From Planctomycetia bacterium (GTDB lineage Bacteria > Planctomycetota > Planctomycetia > Pirellulales > JACPPG01): 64,000 nucleotides of DNA. Location of the stretch: positions 2,681 to 66,680 of the forward strand of contig JACPPG010000035.1 in the NCBI GenBank assembly GCA_016191115.1. Reading direction: 5' to 3'. Below are positions 48,908 to 58,313 of the stretch, one piece after another (positions within the stretch are counted from its first letter, which is position 1; each line of letters begins with the position of its first letter). The notes beneath the pieces are model-generated. The model was not told the origin of the DNA and made no database searches. It saw nothing but the letters and a program-made list of their open reading frames with translations. The position numbers and the translations under genes were made by a program.

Positions 48908-50983
48908 ATGCCACTTTCGCACCCGGCCCTGCAATTCTCTCACCCGCTACCGTACGGGGCCATCCCGCTCGACGGTGGCGTCCAGTTCGTCGTCTTCAGC
49001 CGCTCCGCGACGGCCGTGCGGCTGTTGCTCTACGACAACGTCGCGGATGCCGAACCCACCGAAATCGTTCGCTACGATCCGGAGAGCGACCGTTGGGGCG
49101 ACATGTGGAGCGTGTTCGTGCCGGGCATCGGGCCGGGCCAGCTTTATCATTTCCAGGCCGACGGACCGTACGAGCCGCAGCGCGGCCACCGCTTCAACGG
49201 CCGCGCGCGGCTGATCGATCCGTACGCCCGGGCGTTGGTGGGCAATTTCCTCCCCGCGGCCGACGGCGTGGTCCGCCCGCCCAAGTGCGTGGTGGTCGAC
49301 GACACGTTCGACTGGCAGGGGGACCGGCACTTGCGGCGGAACCTCGCCGAGACCGTGATTTACGAGATGCACGTCGGCGGTTTTACCCGCTCCCGCACCA
49401 GCGGCGCCGCGCACCCAGGCACCTACCTGGGCGTGATCGAGAAGATTCCGTACCTCAAGTCGCTGGGCGTCACGGCGGTCGAGCTGATGCCGGTCCATGA
49501 GTTCCCCATCAACAACTGCTTCGGGGGCACCGACGAACGGCCCAACTACTGGGGCTACGACCCCTTGGCCTTCTTCTCCCCGCATCGCGGCTACGCCGTC
49601 GGAACCGAGCCCGGCGCCCAGGTTGCCGAATTCAAGGAGATGGTGCGGGCCCTGCACAGCGCGGGCATCGAAGTGATTCTGGACGTGGTCTTCAACCACA
49701 CCGCCGAGGGCAACGAGTTGGGCCCCACGCTCAGTTTCAAGGGACTGGAGAACCGCGTCTACTACATGCTCGACAACGGCGGCAGCCGTTACCGCAACTA
49801 TTCCGGCTGCGGCAACACCGTCAACGGCAATCACCCCATCGTCCGCGAGCTGATCTTCCTTTGCCTGCGTCACTGGGTGTTGAACTATCACGTCGACGGG
49901 TTCCGCTTCGACCTGGCGTCGATCTTGAGCCGCGACCGCAACGGCGAGCTGTTGCCCAACCCACCGCTGGTGGAAACGATCGCCGAGGACCCGCTGTTGG
50001 CCGACACGAAGATTATCGCCGAGGCCTGGGACGCGGCCGGGGCCTACCAGGTCGGCTCGTTCGCCAACCTGCGGTGGGCCGAGTGGAACGGCCGTTACCG
50101 CGACGACGCGCGGCGCTTTTGGCGCGGCGAACCCGGGACACTCGGTGCGCTGGCCACGCGGCTGGCTGGGTCGAGCGACCTGTACCAGCACAGCGGCCGG
50201 CGGCCCTATCACAGCATCAATTTCATCACCTCGCACGACGGCTTCACGCTCAACGACCTGGTAACGTACGCACACAAGCACAACGAAGCCAACGGCGAGC
50301 AAAACCGCGACGGCGAGAACCTCAACCACGGCGACAACTACGGCGTGGAAGGACCGACCAACCGCCGCGCCGTCACCAAGATTCGCGGCCGGCAAATCCG
50401 CAACTTCCTCTCGACGTTGTTTCTCAGCCAGGGCGTGCCGATGCTGCTGTTTGGCGACGAGTGCCGCCGCACCCAGCAAGGGAACAACAACGCCTATTGT
50501 CAAAACAACGACATCAGTTGGTTCGATTGGGAGCTGGTCGAAAAGCACGTCGACCTCGAGCGGTTCACCAAGGCCCTCATCGCCTTCCGCAAGCGCCACC
50601 CGGCCGTGCGGCGGTCGAGCTTCCTCAAGGGAGAGCCCTTGGCACCGGGCATGTTGCCCGACGTCAGTTGGTTCAGCGCCGACGGGGGCGCGGTCAATTG
50701 GGACAACGGCGACTTGAGCCTGACGTGCCTGTTGGCGGCGCCGCCTTCGCAGAACGCCGAGGACCCGCCGCGGCACATCCTGCTGATGTGCCACGCCGGC
50801 CCGCTGCCGCGCGAGTTCACGGTGCCGGAGCTGGCTCGGCATTTGCGCTGGAGCTTGTTTATCAACACCGCCGCCGACGCGCCGGCCGACATTTTTCCGA
50901 ATCTGGACGGGCCGGAGCTGCGGCCCAACGCCAGGCTGACGCTCCTGGACCGGTCGCTGGTGTGCTTCGTGTCCAGCCGCTAG
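48908..50983 (+). CDS. glgX: Glycogen debranching enzyme (isoamylase)
   Basis: NYWGYDP, DVVFNHTAEG, DGFRFDLA, IAEAWD, HDGFTLND and QQGNNNAYCQ. Confidence 0.96.
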   Translation: MPLSHPALQFSHPLPYGAIPLDGGVQFVVFSRSATAVRLLLYDNVADAEPTEIVRYDPESDRWGDMWSVFVPGIGPGQLYHFQADGPYEPQRGHRFNGRARLIDPYARALVGNFLPAADGVVRPPKCVVVDDTFDWQGDRHLRRNLAETVIYEMHVGGFTRSRTSGAAHPGTYLGVIEKIPYLKSLGVTAVELMPVHEFPINNCFGGTDERPNYWGYDPLAFFSPHRGYAVGTEPGAQVAEFKEMVRALHSAGIEVILDVVFNHTAEGNELGPTLSFKGLENRVYYMLDNGGSRYRNYSGCGNTVNGNHPIVRELIFLCLRHWVLNYHVDGFRFDLASILSRDRNGELLPNPPLVETIAEDPLLADTKIIAEAWDAAGAYQVGSFANLRWAEWNGRYRDDARRFWRGEPGTLGALATRLAGSSDLYQHSGRRPYHSINFITSHDGFTLNDLVTYAHKHNEANGEQNRDGENLNHGDNYGVEGPTNRRAVTKIRGRQIRNFLSTLFLSQGVPMLLFGDECRRTQQGNNNAYCQNNDISWFDWELVEKHVDLERFTKALIAFRKRHPAVRRSSFLKGEPLAPGMLPDVSWFSADGGAVNWDNGDLSLTCLLAAPPSQNAEDPPRHILLMCHAGPLPREFTVPELARHLRWSLFINTAADAPADIFPNLDGPELRPNARLTLLDRSLVCFVSSR

Positions 50984-51031
50984 CGGTCGGCGTTGGTGTC
51001 CGATCGGGATCGAGCCGACGGGGCGAACCGG

Positions 51032-51188
51032 CAGGGTCATTCTGTTTTTCAAAATGGCCAGGCGGGAAAATGGGACTGGCTCCGAGCATAAACAGCGCAA
51101 GTCCTTTCAGACGAACGTTGCGTCTCGGTGTTTGTCCCACTTTCCCGCCGGTGCGCTGCCGTCCAGCTTAAATCTGTGAACGGCCCTG
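51032..51188 (-). mobile_element. MITE family A, copy 7 (157 bp)
   Basis: Both TIRs; perfect 10-bp duplication ggcgaaccgg at 51022-51031 and 51189-51198. Confidence 0.93.
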
Positions 51189-51558
51189 GGCGAACCGGTG
51201 ACCCGGCAGGTACCTCCCCCACGTGGGTATCATACCCGTCAGACTGGTCCCCGCATTGGCGGTCAGCGCGTGCACGCACCGATTCCGCAAAACGCATCCT
51301 GTCGCCACGCGGGGGACGCTGCGTCGGCAAAGAATGTCTTCTCGTTGTGATCGCGTGACCGAAGACCACCCGACGCGCCGTTTATGGGTTCGTAATCTTT
51401 GACAACCGCCGCATTCGACATAGCGTTGGCATAGACGGAAAGTCCGCGTCCCCGTTCTGGGCGACCGGACGGCCGGATGGACCCGCGGCCATCTCTTGTT
51501 TCTTCTCTCCGACGTTCCACGTTCACTAGGGACAATACGCACTTCTGAAAGGCTAACC

Positions 51559-52185
51559 ATGGACCGCCTCATCCGCACACTGCTCGGCTTTGCCGCACTG
51601 GCTTCGCTTTTTGTCGCGATCCCCGCGGCCGCTCAAGACATCACCAAGGTGGAAGAAGATTGGGAGGTGGACATCGACGTGCCGGGCACGTCGCTCAGTT
51701 CGCCGCAACTGACGTTTCTCATGTCCCCGGTGGGCGACACGAGCGCCGGCTACGTCGTTTTCACCCTCAACGAGCGGACGTCTCCGGACCCCGTCGGCGG
51801 CGGCATGCAATTGCAACTATGGAACGGCGGCTCACTGCTGAGCGTCAGCACGGCTTCGAACACGACTTCGCTGAACAACAGCAGTGAAAAAATCCAATGG
51901 ACGCAGCGTTTGACCCTGGGCAATCAGGGCGTGTTGACCGCTGAGATCGACAAAGGGTCGTCGGCCACTTGGGGAAAGTTCCCTGCCAATGGGCAGCTAA
52001 CCGTCTCGGCCCAAAGCAGCCTGACGAACTTGAATTCCTATGACCCCAATGTCAGCACGGCGAATGCGGGCATTGACTTCGGCAATGCCCGGGTCAACAA
52101 GATCATCCTCAGGAAGGTCCGCACGTATACCAACAACCAGAAGTCGGTCGAGCAAGTCGCCGACCGCGTGGTGTACCAGAGATAG
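51559..52185 (+). CDS. Secreted hypothetical protein (beta-rich)
   Basis: Signal peptide ending AAA-Q; VEEDWE, GGMQLQLW and STANAGIDFGNARV; typical codon bias. Confidence 0.8.
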   Translation: MDRLIRTLLGFAALASLFVAIPAAAQDITKVEEDWEVDIDVPGTSLSSPQLTFLMSPVGDTSAGYVVFTLNERTSPDPVGGGMQLQLWNGGSLLSVSTASNTTSLNNSSEKIQWTQRLTLGNQGVLTAEIDKGSSATWGKFPANGQLTVSAQSSLTNLNSYDPNVSTANAGIDFGNARVNKIILRKVRTYTNNQKSVEQVADRVVYQR

Positions 52186-52340
52186 AGACGCTTCACGCGC
52201 ACGCGACTGAGATAGCCGCCCCGCCGAACAGACGCGGGCGGGAGGATATGGATCGCTAGAACAAGTGCAAACATTTCCCGACGGCTGCTAGGGGGGCAGA
52301 GTGTGGCCGGCGTCACGACCTTTAAAAAAGTGAACTTGCC

Positions 52341-53507
52341 ATGACTCTGAAGAAGGCAACGCACAATCGCCGCGGCGCCGTCGTCGTGCTCGCCGCGATA
52401 TTGATGATCGTCCTGTTGGGAATGGTCGCCTTTGCCATGGACCTAGGCTACCTGGTCAACGCCCGGACCGAGCTTCAGCGCTCGGCCGACTCGGCGGCCA
52501 TCGCGGCGACCTGGGAGCTGATCGACGACCAACCAGGCCCCAACATGGATCTGTCGGATGAGATTGCCAAAGCACGGCAATTCGCCGCGCAATACGCTTC
52601 GCTCAACTTCGTTTGCTCGTCTTCCCCGGGCGTCAACCAGAACGCGTCGAATTCCACGAGCGGCGACGTGGTGGTCGGCTATCTGCAGAATCCGTCCGAT
52701 CCCAGCCAGCAAATGACATTCGCCAACCAGAACCAGTACAACTCCGTACAGGTCACCGTCCGTCGGTCCGCGGCGGAAAACGGTGAAGTGCCGATGTTCT
52801 TCGGCCGCGTGCTGGGCGACCAAAGTCAGGGCGTGACGGCCCAGGCCACGGCCGCCATCCTTAACAACTTCGCCGGCTTTCGCGCGCCGGCCGACGGCAC
52901 GAACCTGGGCATGCTGCCGTTCGCCTTGGACAAGCAGACGTGGGACGGCATGATGCAGGGTCAGGGCCAGGGCCAGGACCAATGGGCCGTTGATCCATCG
53001 ACCGGAAACGTTTCGCACGGGTCGGACGGAGCGCCGGAGGTCAATCTCTATCCGCAAGGAACAGGTTCGCCCGGTAACCGTGGCACGGTGGACATCGGCG
53101 GCAGCAACAACAGCACCGCCGATATCGAGCGGCAGATTCGCAACGGCATCAGCGCCGACGACCTGGTCAAATTGGGCAAGCCGCTGGCCCTGGATGCCAA
53201 TGGTGAACTGAAGCTCAACGGCGACACCGGGATCAGCGCCGCGGTAAAGGACGATTTGAGTTCGATCATCGGCAAGCCGCGCGTCCTTCCCATCTTCAGC
53301 GCCGTCGCCGGCAACGGCAACAATTCGCAGTACACGATCGTCCAGTTCGTCGGCGTGCGGATCACGGAGGTCGTCCTCACCGGCAAGATGAGCAGCAAGC
53401 GCGTCATGATCCAGCCGGCGGCGGTCATCTCGGAGGGGGGCATCCCCAATACGAACGGCGGCCAAACCAGCTACGGCGTCTACTCGAAGGTCTGGCTGGT
53501 GAGGTAG
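52341..53507 (+). CDS. TadG-like Flp pilus assembly protein
   Basis: RRGAVVVLAAILMIVLLGMVAFAMDLG..ELQRSADSAA; VPMFFGRVLG..AQATA. Confidence 0.88.
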   Translation: MTLKKATHNRRGAVVVLAAILMIVLLGMVAFAMDLGYLVNARTELQRSADSAAIAATWELIDDQPGPNMDLSDEIAKARQFAAQYASLNFVCSSSPGVNQNASNSTSGDVVVGYLQNPSDPSQQMTFANQNQYNSVQVTVRRSAAENGEVPMFFGRVLGDQSQGVTAQATAAILNNFAGFRAPADGTNLGMLPFALDKQTWDGMMQGQGQGQDQWAVDPSTGNVSHGSDGAPEVNLYPQGTGSPGNRGTVDIGGSNNSTADIERQIRNGISADDLVKLGKPLALDANGELKLNGDTGISAAVKDDLSSIIGKPRVLPIFSAVAGNGNNSQYTIVQFVGVRITEVVLTGKMSSKRVMIQPAAVISEGGIPNTNGGQTSYGVYSKVWLVR

Positions 53508-53520
53508 GAAGAAGTAGGGC

Positions 53521-53664
53521 GTAGGCAGAGGGCCGTAGGCAGTTACGTTAATTCGGATCGTCCACTTTGGTGGACAACGAGTTCCGCGATGCCACCCGCC
53601 GCCGGGGCGTCTGCCACTAGAGCCGACGCTTTCAGCCGTTAACTGCCTACTGCCCTCTGCCTAC
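53521..53664. repeat. 144-bp element bounded by 25-bp inverted repeats
   Basis: gtaggcagagggccgtaggcagtta / taactgcctactgccctctgcctac (24/25 match), between convergent genes. Confidence 0.75.
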
Positions 53665-53670
53665 TTTCTG

Positions 53671-54618
53671 TCAGACCGCGCTGTCGTACCGCATGACGAG
53701 CACGGTCGACACGAGCACGATCGCGCCTCCGATGACCGCTGTTGTGCCCATTCGCTCGCCCAATAGCGCTGCGGCCAAGAGCACGCCAAAGAGCGGCACC
53801 AGGTACAGTGACGCGGACGCCACGGTGACCGGAATATGCTCCAGGACGTAGAAAAACAACAGCATCGACACCGTGTACATGAACACCGCCAGGAAAGCAA
53901 ACGCCACCCAGGCGCGCCAGTCGAAATAGGCGAACGCGCTCAAATCCAGCGGCTCGGCCCAGACCAAAAGAGGCACAGTCGCCGCGGAGGCCGTGACATA
54001 GCTGTAGATCAGGATCTCGACCTCGTGGAAACGGGCCAGGAGGCCCTTACAGTACACGTTGTAGAACGACGAGCCAAAGCAGCCCACCAGGATCAGCAGG
54101 TTGCCGACCAGATAGCTCTGCTCGAAGAGCTGGCTTTGCCGCAGGTCCTTGACCGACATCAGGAGCACTCCTACGAGCCCAATCCCCAGGCAGAGAACGC
54201 GCAATCGCGACAGTCGCTCGCCCAACAAGAGCGACGCCAGGACGGCGCTTATCACCGGGATCATCAGGTTCAAGACGGCGCCGTTCGAGGCCTGCGATTT
54301 GACGATGCCCCACGTCATTCCCAGTTGCGCAAGCACCTGTCCGGCGATGCCGGCGATGGCGAACTGCCGCCACTGACCGAGCGTCGGCCAGCCGGCGGCC
54401 GGATCGCGACGCCGCAATAGCAGTAAAAGCGGCAGGAGGATCGCGGTCGCCACATAGAACGGCAAGAAGGTAATCGCGATCGGGCCCAGGTGCGGCTCAA
54501 GAAACTTCACGGCCGTTCCCTGCGCCGACCACATGAGGCTCGCCAGCGCCAAGAGCAAGAGGAACCAGAACCCCCTGGCACGGCGGTCCACAGGCGGCGT
54601 TGGTCCATCGTCAGCCAT
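53671..54618 (-). CDS. DMT/EamA family transporter
   Basis: About 10 TMs in two EamA repeats; LLGERLS and LLGERMG. Confidence 0.92.
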   Translation of the reverse strand: MADDGPTPPVDRRARGFWFLLLLALASLMWSAQGTAVKFLEPHLGPIAITFLPFYVATAILLPLLLLLRRRDPAAGWPTLGQWRQFAIAGIAGQVLAQLGMTWGIVKSQASNGAVLNLMIPVISAVLASLLLGERLSRLRVLCLGIGLVGVLLMSVKDLRQSQLFEQSYLVGNLLILVGCFGSSFYNVYCKGLLARFHEVEILIYSYVTASAATVPLLVWAEPLDLSAFAYFDWRAWVAFAFLAVFMYTVSMLLFFYVLEHIPVTVASASLYLVPLFGVLLAAALLGERMGTTAVIGGAIVLVSTVLVMRYDSAV

Positions 54619-54657
54619 GGAAAGGTGACTCGCACTACAAATCGCGCATTCACGTGC

Positions 54658-54732
54658 GTGCCACTGCTTCGATCAGAAGCAGTGCGGGGCGGATATCCGA
54701 TTCAACACTGCTTGACGAGCGAGCAGTGGCAC
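54658..54732. repeat. GTGCCAC..GTGGCAC REPIN-like element
   Basis: gtgccactgcttc..gaagcagtg and cactgctt..gagcagtggcac hairpin pair. Confidence 0.8.
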
Positions 54733-54771
54733 GCGACCCCCCATCGTTTGCCGATCCTATACGGACTGAGT

Positions 54772-56175
54772 TCAACAAGGCCGCACTTCAACCACGCCGA
54801 AGCGGTCGGCGCCCGGCGAGCTGCCGCGAAAGACGTACGGCGCCGCGCCGCGCGCCGTCGCGTAGCGCTCGACAATCCGCCCAAACGCCGCCTCGCTCTC
54901 GGCCAACCCCAGGACCGCCACCGTGCCACCGGCGCCCCCGCCGGTCACTTTGGCCCCGAAGATGCCGTGCGCCGGACCTTCGTCGCGGGCCAGTTGGACC
55001 AACAGATCGGTGGCCTCGTTGCCCAGGCCGGTCTCGGTGTACCCGTGATGCGACTGGTACATCAATTCGCCCATGAGCGCCGCGGCCGATGGCAAGTTGG
55101 TCTCGTTTGCGCGGCGCGCCAGCTCGGCAAACAGCCGCACCCGCTGGTTCTCTTCCACCGCATAGCGCGTGCAGGCGCGGACGGCATAGGTCACCTCGGG
55201 CCGGGCCTTGGTGAACGGGTCAACGTGGACGCCCGCGATTCGCAGATACTCCGCGCCGGTCATCCGCTCCGGGAGCCGCGTTTCGTAACGGGCGCGAAAG
55301 AGCGACGGCGAGAGATTGGCCAGGTAGCCGCTGAACCTTTCGTCGGTGAACCGCGGAATCCGCGAGTCTTCATCCGGCCGCACGGCCAGCCCTTCCCAAT
55401 CACAGATCAACTTGTAACCCATGAAGGCGGCGGCGCGGGCTGCCTCGTACTCGATGCCGGTCACGGCGTGCGAGACGCCGGAATCGACGGCCCGGCAGGC
55501 GAGCCCCGCCGGCAATCTGACGAGCGGCTGCGGCTGGCACGGCTGGCACACGAGCGGCAGCACGTGCCCTTCATCGCCCAGCACGACGGCAATCTGGTCC
55601 ATGATGCCGCACGCGCTTTCGGCAATCACGTTTTCCGCCCACTGACAGGCCTCGGCCAGATCGACCCCGGCTATCGGCAAACGATAGGCGCTCGCCGTGG
55701 CCTTCATCGCCGCCACCTCGATCGCGGCCGAGCTACTGACGCCCTTATTCAAAGGCACGTCCGACTCGATGTACACGGTCGCGCCGCGGCGGACATGATC
55801 AGGCGCCCGGCTGCGCAAATAGTAGAAGAGGCCCAGCACGTACGCCGTCCAGCGTATCGCAGGGGAGCGATTCACTAGCGCGCGAACGCCGGCCTCGCTG
55901 GCCAGGTCGTCCAGCGAGCACTCGACGCGCTCTTGCCAGCCGTGCGCGCGCATTTGCGGATTGACGAGCACGATGCGCCCGTCGTCCCGCGTTTGCACGG
56001 CCGCCCAGGTGGCCTCGCGAATCGTGGCCTCGAACACCATCCCGCCGGTGTAGTCGTCGTTGCCGCCCATCAGATCAAGCCGGCCGGGGGCGCGGGCGAC
56101 GCACACCGGCGCGGCGGGCGAGAACAGTTCGGCGCGGGCAACGAGGGCACGGACCGTCGCCAAAAAATCGTTCAT
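54772..56175 (-). CDS. GHMP sugar kinase (galactokinase / L-arabinokinase-like)
   Basis: RAPGRLDLMGG..DY, VPLNKGVSSSAA, CGIMDQ and GAKVTGGGAGG; ATGA coupling. Confidence 0.9.
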   Translation of the reverse strand: MNDFLATVRALVARAELFSPAAPVCVARAPGRLDLMGGNDDYTGGMVFEATIREATWAAVQTRDDGRIVLVNPQMRAHGWQERVECSLDDLASEAGVRALVNRSPAIRWTAYVLGLFYYLRSRAPDHVRRGATVYIESDVPLNKGVSSSAAIEVAAMKATASAYRLPIAGVDLAEACQWAENVIAESACGIMDQIAVVLGDEGHVLPLVCQPCQPQPLVRLPAGLACRAVDSGVSHAVTGIEYEAARAAAFMGYKLICDWEGLAVRPDEDSRIPRFTDERFSGYLANLSPSLFRARYETRLPERMTGAEYLRIAGVHVDPFTKARPEVTYAVRACTRYAVEENQRVRLFAELARRANETNLPSAAALMGELMYQSHHGYTETGLGNEATDLLVQLARDEGPAHGIFGAKVTGGGAGGTVAVLGLAESEAAFGRIVERYATARGAAPYVFRGSSPGADRFGVVEVRPC

Positions 56176-57362
56176 GCCAAGGCCCGGATGCTCGCCGTCA
56201 GATAGTCGATCGCCTCGCGCGACAGCCGCGGATGGATCGGCAGGCTCACGTATTGGTGATAGAGCGCTTCGGCCCGCGGGCATTCCCCTTCGCTGTGGCC
56301 AAGCTGTCGATAGGCCGTCGTCAAGTGGATCGGCATGTAGTGGGACCAGACTTTGATCCGGTAGCTCGTGTACAGCTCCCACATGAAATCATCCTTGGTG
56401 AGCGGGAAATCCGCATCGAGCAGAATGCAATAGATGTGGAACACGTGATGTACGTCGGGCGAGACATACGGCACCGAGAGTCCGCGAATGCCGGAGAGAC
56501 GCTTTGTGTACTCATCGGCAATCGCGCGGCGCCGGTCGTTGAATCGATCGAGCCTGGCCAGTTGCACGAGGCCTACGGCCGCTTGTGCGTCGATCATGCG
56601 GAAGTTGTAGCCCACGTCGGCAAAGTCCAGTAGCCAATAGCGCTTGCCCATTGGCCGCGCGTTTTCGTCGATGGCCAGATACTTGCCCTTCGGGTCGTAC
56701 GACTGGCAGCAGAGCGAGCGGAAGGAGAGAAGCCGTTCGTGGAGCGCCGGGTCGCTCGTGGTGAGCATGCCTCCTTCGCCCAGCGTGACCATGTTCTTCT
56801 GCTGGTGGAAGCTGAAGACGCCGATGTCGCCGAGCGCACCCGCTTTGCGCCCCTTGTACAAGCCGCCGGGCACATGCGCGCAATCTTCGACGATGCGGAT
56901 GCCGCGCGGGCGGGCCAGCCCCACGAGCGCGTCCATATCGCAGCACTGACCGTACAGGTGCACCGGCAGGATGGCCTTGGTCCGCGGCGAGAGTTTCGCC
57001 GCGACCGACGCCGGGTCGATATTCAGCGTCCGCGGATCGACGTCGGCAAAGACGACCTTAGCGCCGCGGGACGCGATGGCGTTGGCCGTCGAGATCCAGC
57101 TTAGGGGCGTGGTGATGACTTCGTCGCCCGGACCCACGCCGACGGCGATCATTGCCAGCTCGAGCCCGGCGGTGGCCGAGCTGACGGCGAGGCCGTAACG
57201 CGTGCCGCAATAAGCGGCGAAGGCCTCCTCGAACCGCTTAACCTTCGCCCCGCAACTCGGGGCGCCGGCGGCCAGCACTTCGGCAAGCGCAGCGGCTTCT
57301 TCCGCGCCGTACTCGCTGCCGTGGTTGTATTCCAGCTCGTGGATGGCCTTAGGCAGTTCCAT
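56172..57362 (-). CDS. DegT/DnrJ/EryC1/StrS sugar aminotransferase
   Basis: FEEAFAAY, PVHLYGQ, EDCAH, SFHQQKNM..GEGG and GYNFRM. Confidence 0.94.
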   Translation of the reverse strand: MELPKAIHELEYNHGSEYGAEEAAALAEVLAAGAPSCGAKVKRFEEAFAAYCGTRYGLAVSSATAGLELAMIAVGVGPGDEVITTPLSWISTANAIASRGAKVVFADVDPRTLNIDPASVAAKLSPRTKAILPVHLYGQCCDMDALVGLARPRGIRIVEDCAHVPGGLYKGRKAGALGDIGVFSFHQQKNMVTLGEGGMLTTSDPALHERLLSFRSLCCQSYDPKGKYLAIDENARPMGKRYWLLDFADVGYNFRMIDAQAAVGLVQLARLDRFNDRRRAIADEYTKRLSGIRGLSVPYVSPDVHHVFHIYCILLDADFPLTKDDFMWELYTSYRIKVWSHYMPIHLTTAYRQLGHSEGECPRAEALYHQYVSLPIHPRLSREAIDYLTASIRALA

Positions 57363-58275
57363 GCACCGCTCGCTCGATCACCTGCGCGCACGTGGGCACC
57401 GCGAACCCGCACAATCGCGGCAGCCGCTCGCAGACTAGAAAATCGTCCGGCCCGCGCGGCGCCCGGCGGTCCGGCGCCGGTTCGTGTTGGGGGAGCACCA
57501 GGTCCGGCGAGACGCCAAGCGCCTTCGCCAGCGCCCGCGCCATTTCGTAGCGAGACATCTTATCCGATGCACCGGCATGAAACACGCCCGACGCCTCCTT
57601 GGACCGCACCACGTCCAGGAGGACCCGGCCCAACGTCGCCGCGTCAATCGGGTTGCGGAATTCGAACGTGGCGCCCTGGACGGTTCGGCCCGCTCGCAGC
57701 GTCTCGGCCAGCTTGTTCAGGTATGAATTCGTGCCGGCGACCGGTGCGAAGCCCAGCACCTGCGAGGGACGCACGACCGCGGCGGAGGCGGGCAGGATTT
57801 CTTGAATCGACGCTTCGGCGCGGGCCTTCGTGCGGCCGTAGTGGTTGATCGGCGTCGGCGGATCGTCCTCGCGGTAGGCATGCTTCGTGCCGTCGAACAC
57901 GGCGTCGCTGGACGTGAACACGAGCCGTGCGCCGCACTCGCGGCACTCGCGCGCGACGTGGACCGGACCCTCGTGGTTGACTTCGTTGGCCAGGTCTGGC
58001 TCGCGTTCGCAGCGATCGATGTCGGCGATCGCCGCCGTCAGGACGACAAACTCCGGCCGCGCTTCGTCGAACGCGGCCCGCACGCTGGCGGACTGCGTGA
58101 TGTCGATGGCAACACGCGCCGGTGAGGCGATCGTTGATTCTGCGGCAGAACCAACGGCCCTCGGCCGCCGCGCGCCCTCGACCACGTCGAACTCATCGCG
58201 TGCCAACCGCGCTACCCACGAGCCGACGAAGCCCCCCGCGCCGATCACCAAGAGTCGCGGTCGTGGGTCAGGCAT
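57349..58275 (-). CDS. RmlD-like extended SDR (NDP-4-keto-sugar reductase family)
   Basis: GAGGFVG, DRCEREP, SSDAVFDG and YGRTK. Confidence 0.88.
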   Translation of the reverse strand: MPDPRPRLLVIGAGGFVGSWVARLARDEFDVVEGARRPRAVGSAAESTIASPARVAIDITQSASVRAAFDEARPEFVVLTAAIADIDRCEREPDLANEVNHEGPVHVARECRECGARLVFTSSDAVFDGTKHAYREDDPPTPINHYGRTKARAEASIQEILPASAAVVRPSQVLGFAPVAGTNSYLNKLAETLRAGRTVQGATFEFRNPIDAATLGRVLLDVVRSKEASGVFHAGASDKMSRYEMARALAKALGVSPDLVLPQHEPAPDRRAPRGPDDFLVCERLPRLCGFAVPTCAQVIERAVHGTA

Positions 58276-58313
58276 GCTTTGATTCCGTGGAGACGTTCGG
58301 CGCCGCCTATCGA

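Noticed and set aside
48947-51100. 717-aa antisense ORF over glgX, and similar long shadow ORFs (7264-8607, 42067-43455, 54490-55878)
   Set aside because: Expected stop-poor antisense frames in high-GC coding DNA; no recognisable motifs.
25380-51188. Repeats as a possible CRISPR array
   Set aside because: Copies are ~157 bp, dispersed, in both orientations and with TSDs; there is no repeat-spacer periodicity and no cas gene.
25108-51369. Recurring short ORFs starting MPVPLSRRCAA, MPAAHRRESGTG, MGQAPRRNV or MARRENGTGSEH
   Set aside because: These are translations of the MITE-A sequence in different frames, not a protein family.
51199-51558. Long leader upstream of the secreted protein and tadG-like gene, as a c-di-GMP riboswitch
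   Set aside because: I could not find the GEMM-I consensus (GGCAAAC..GAAA..GGACGCAAAGC) by eye.
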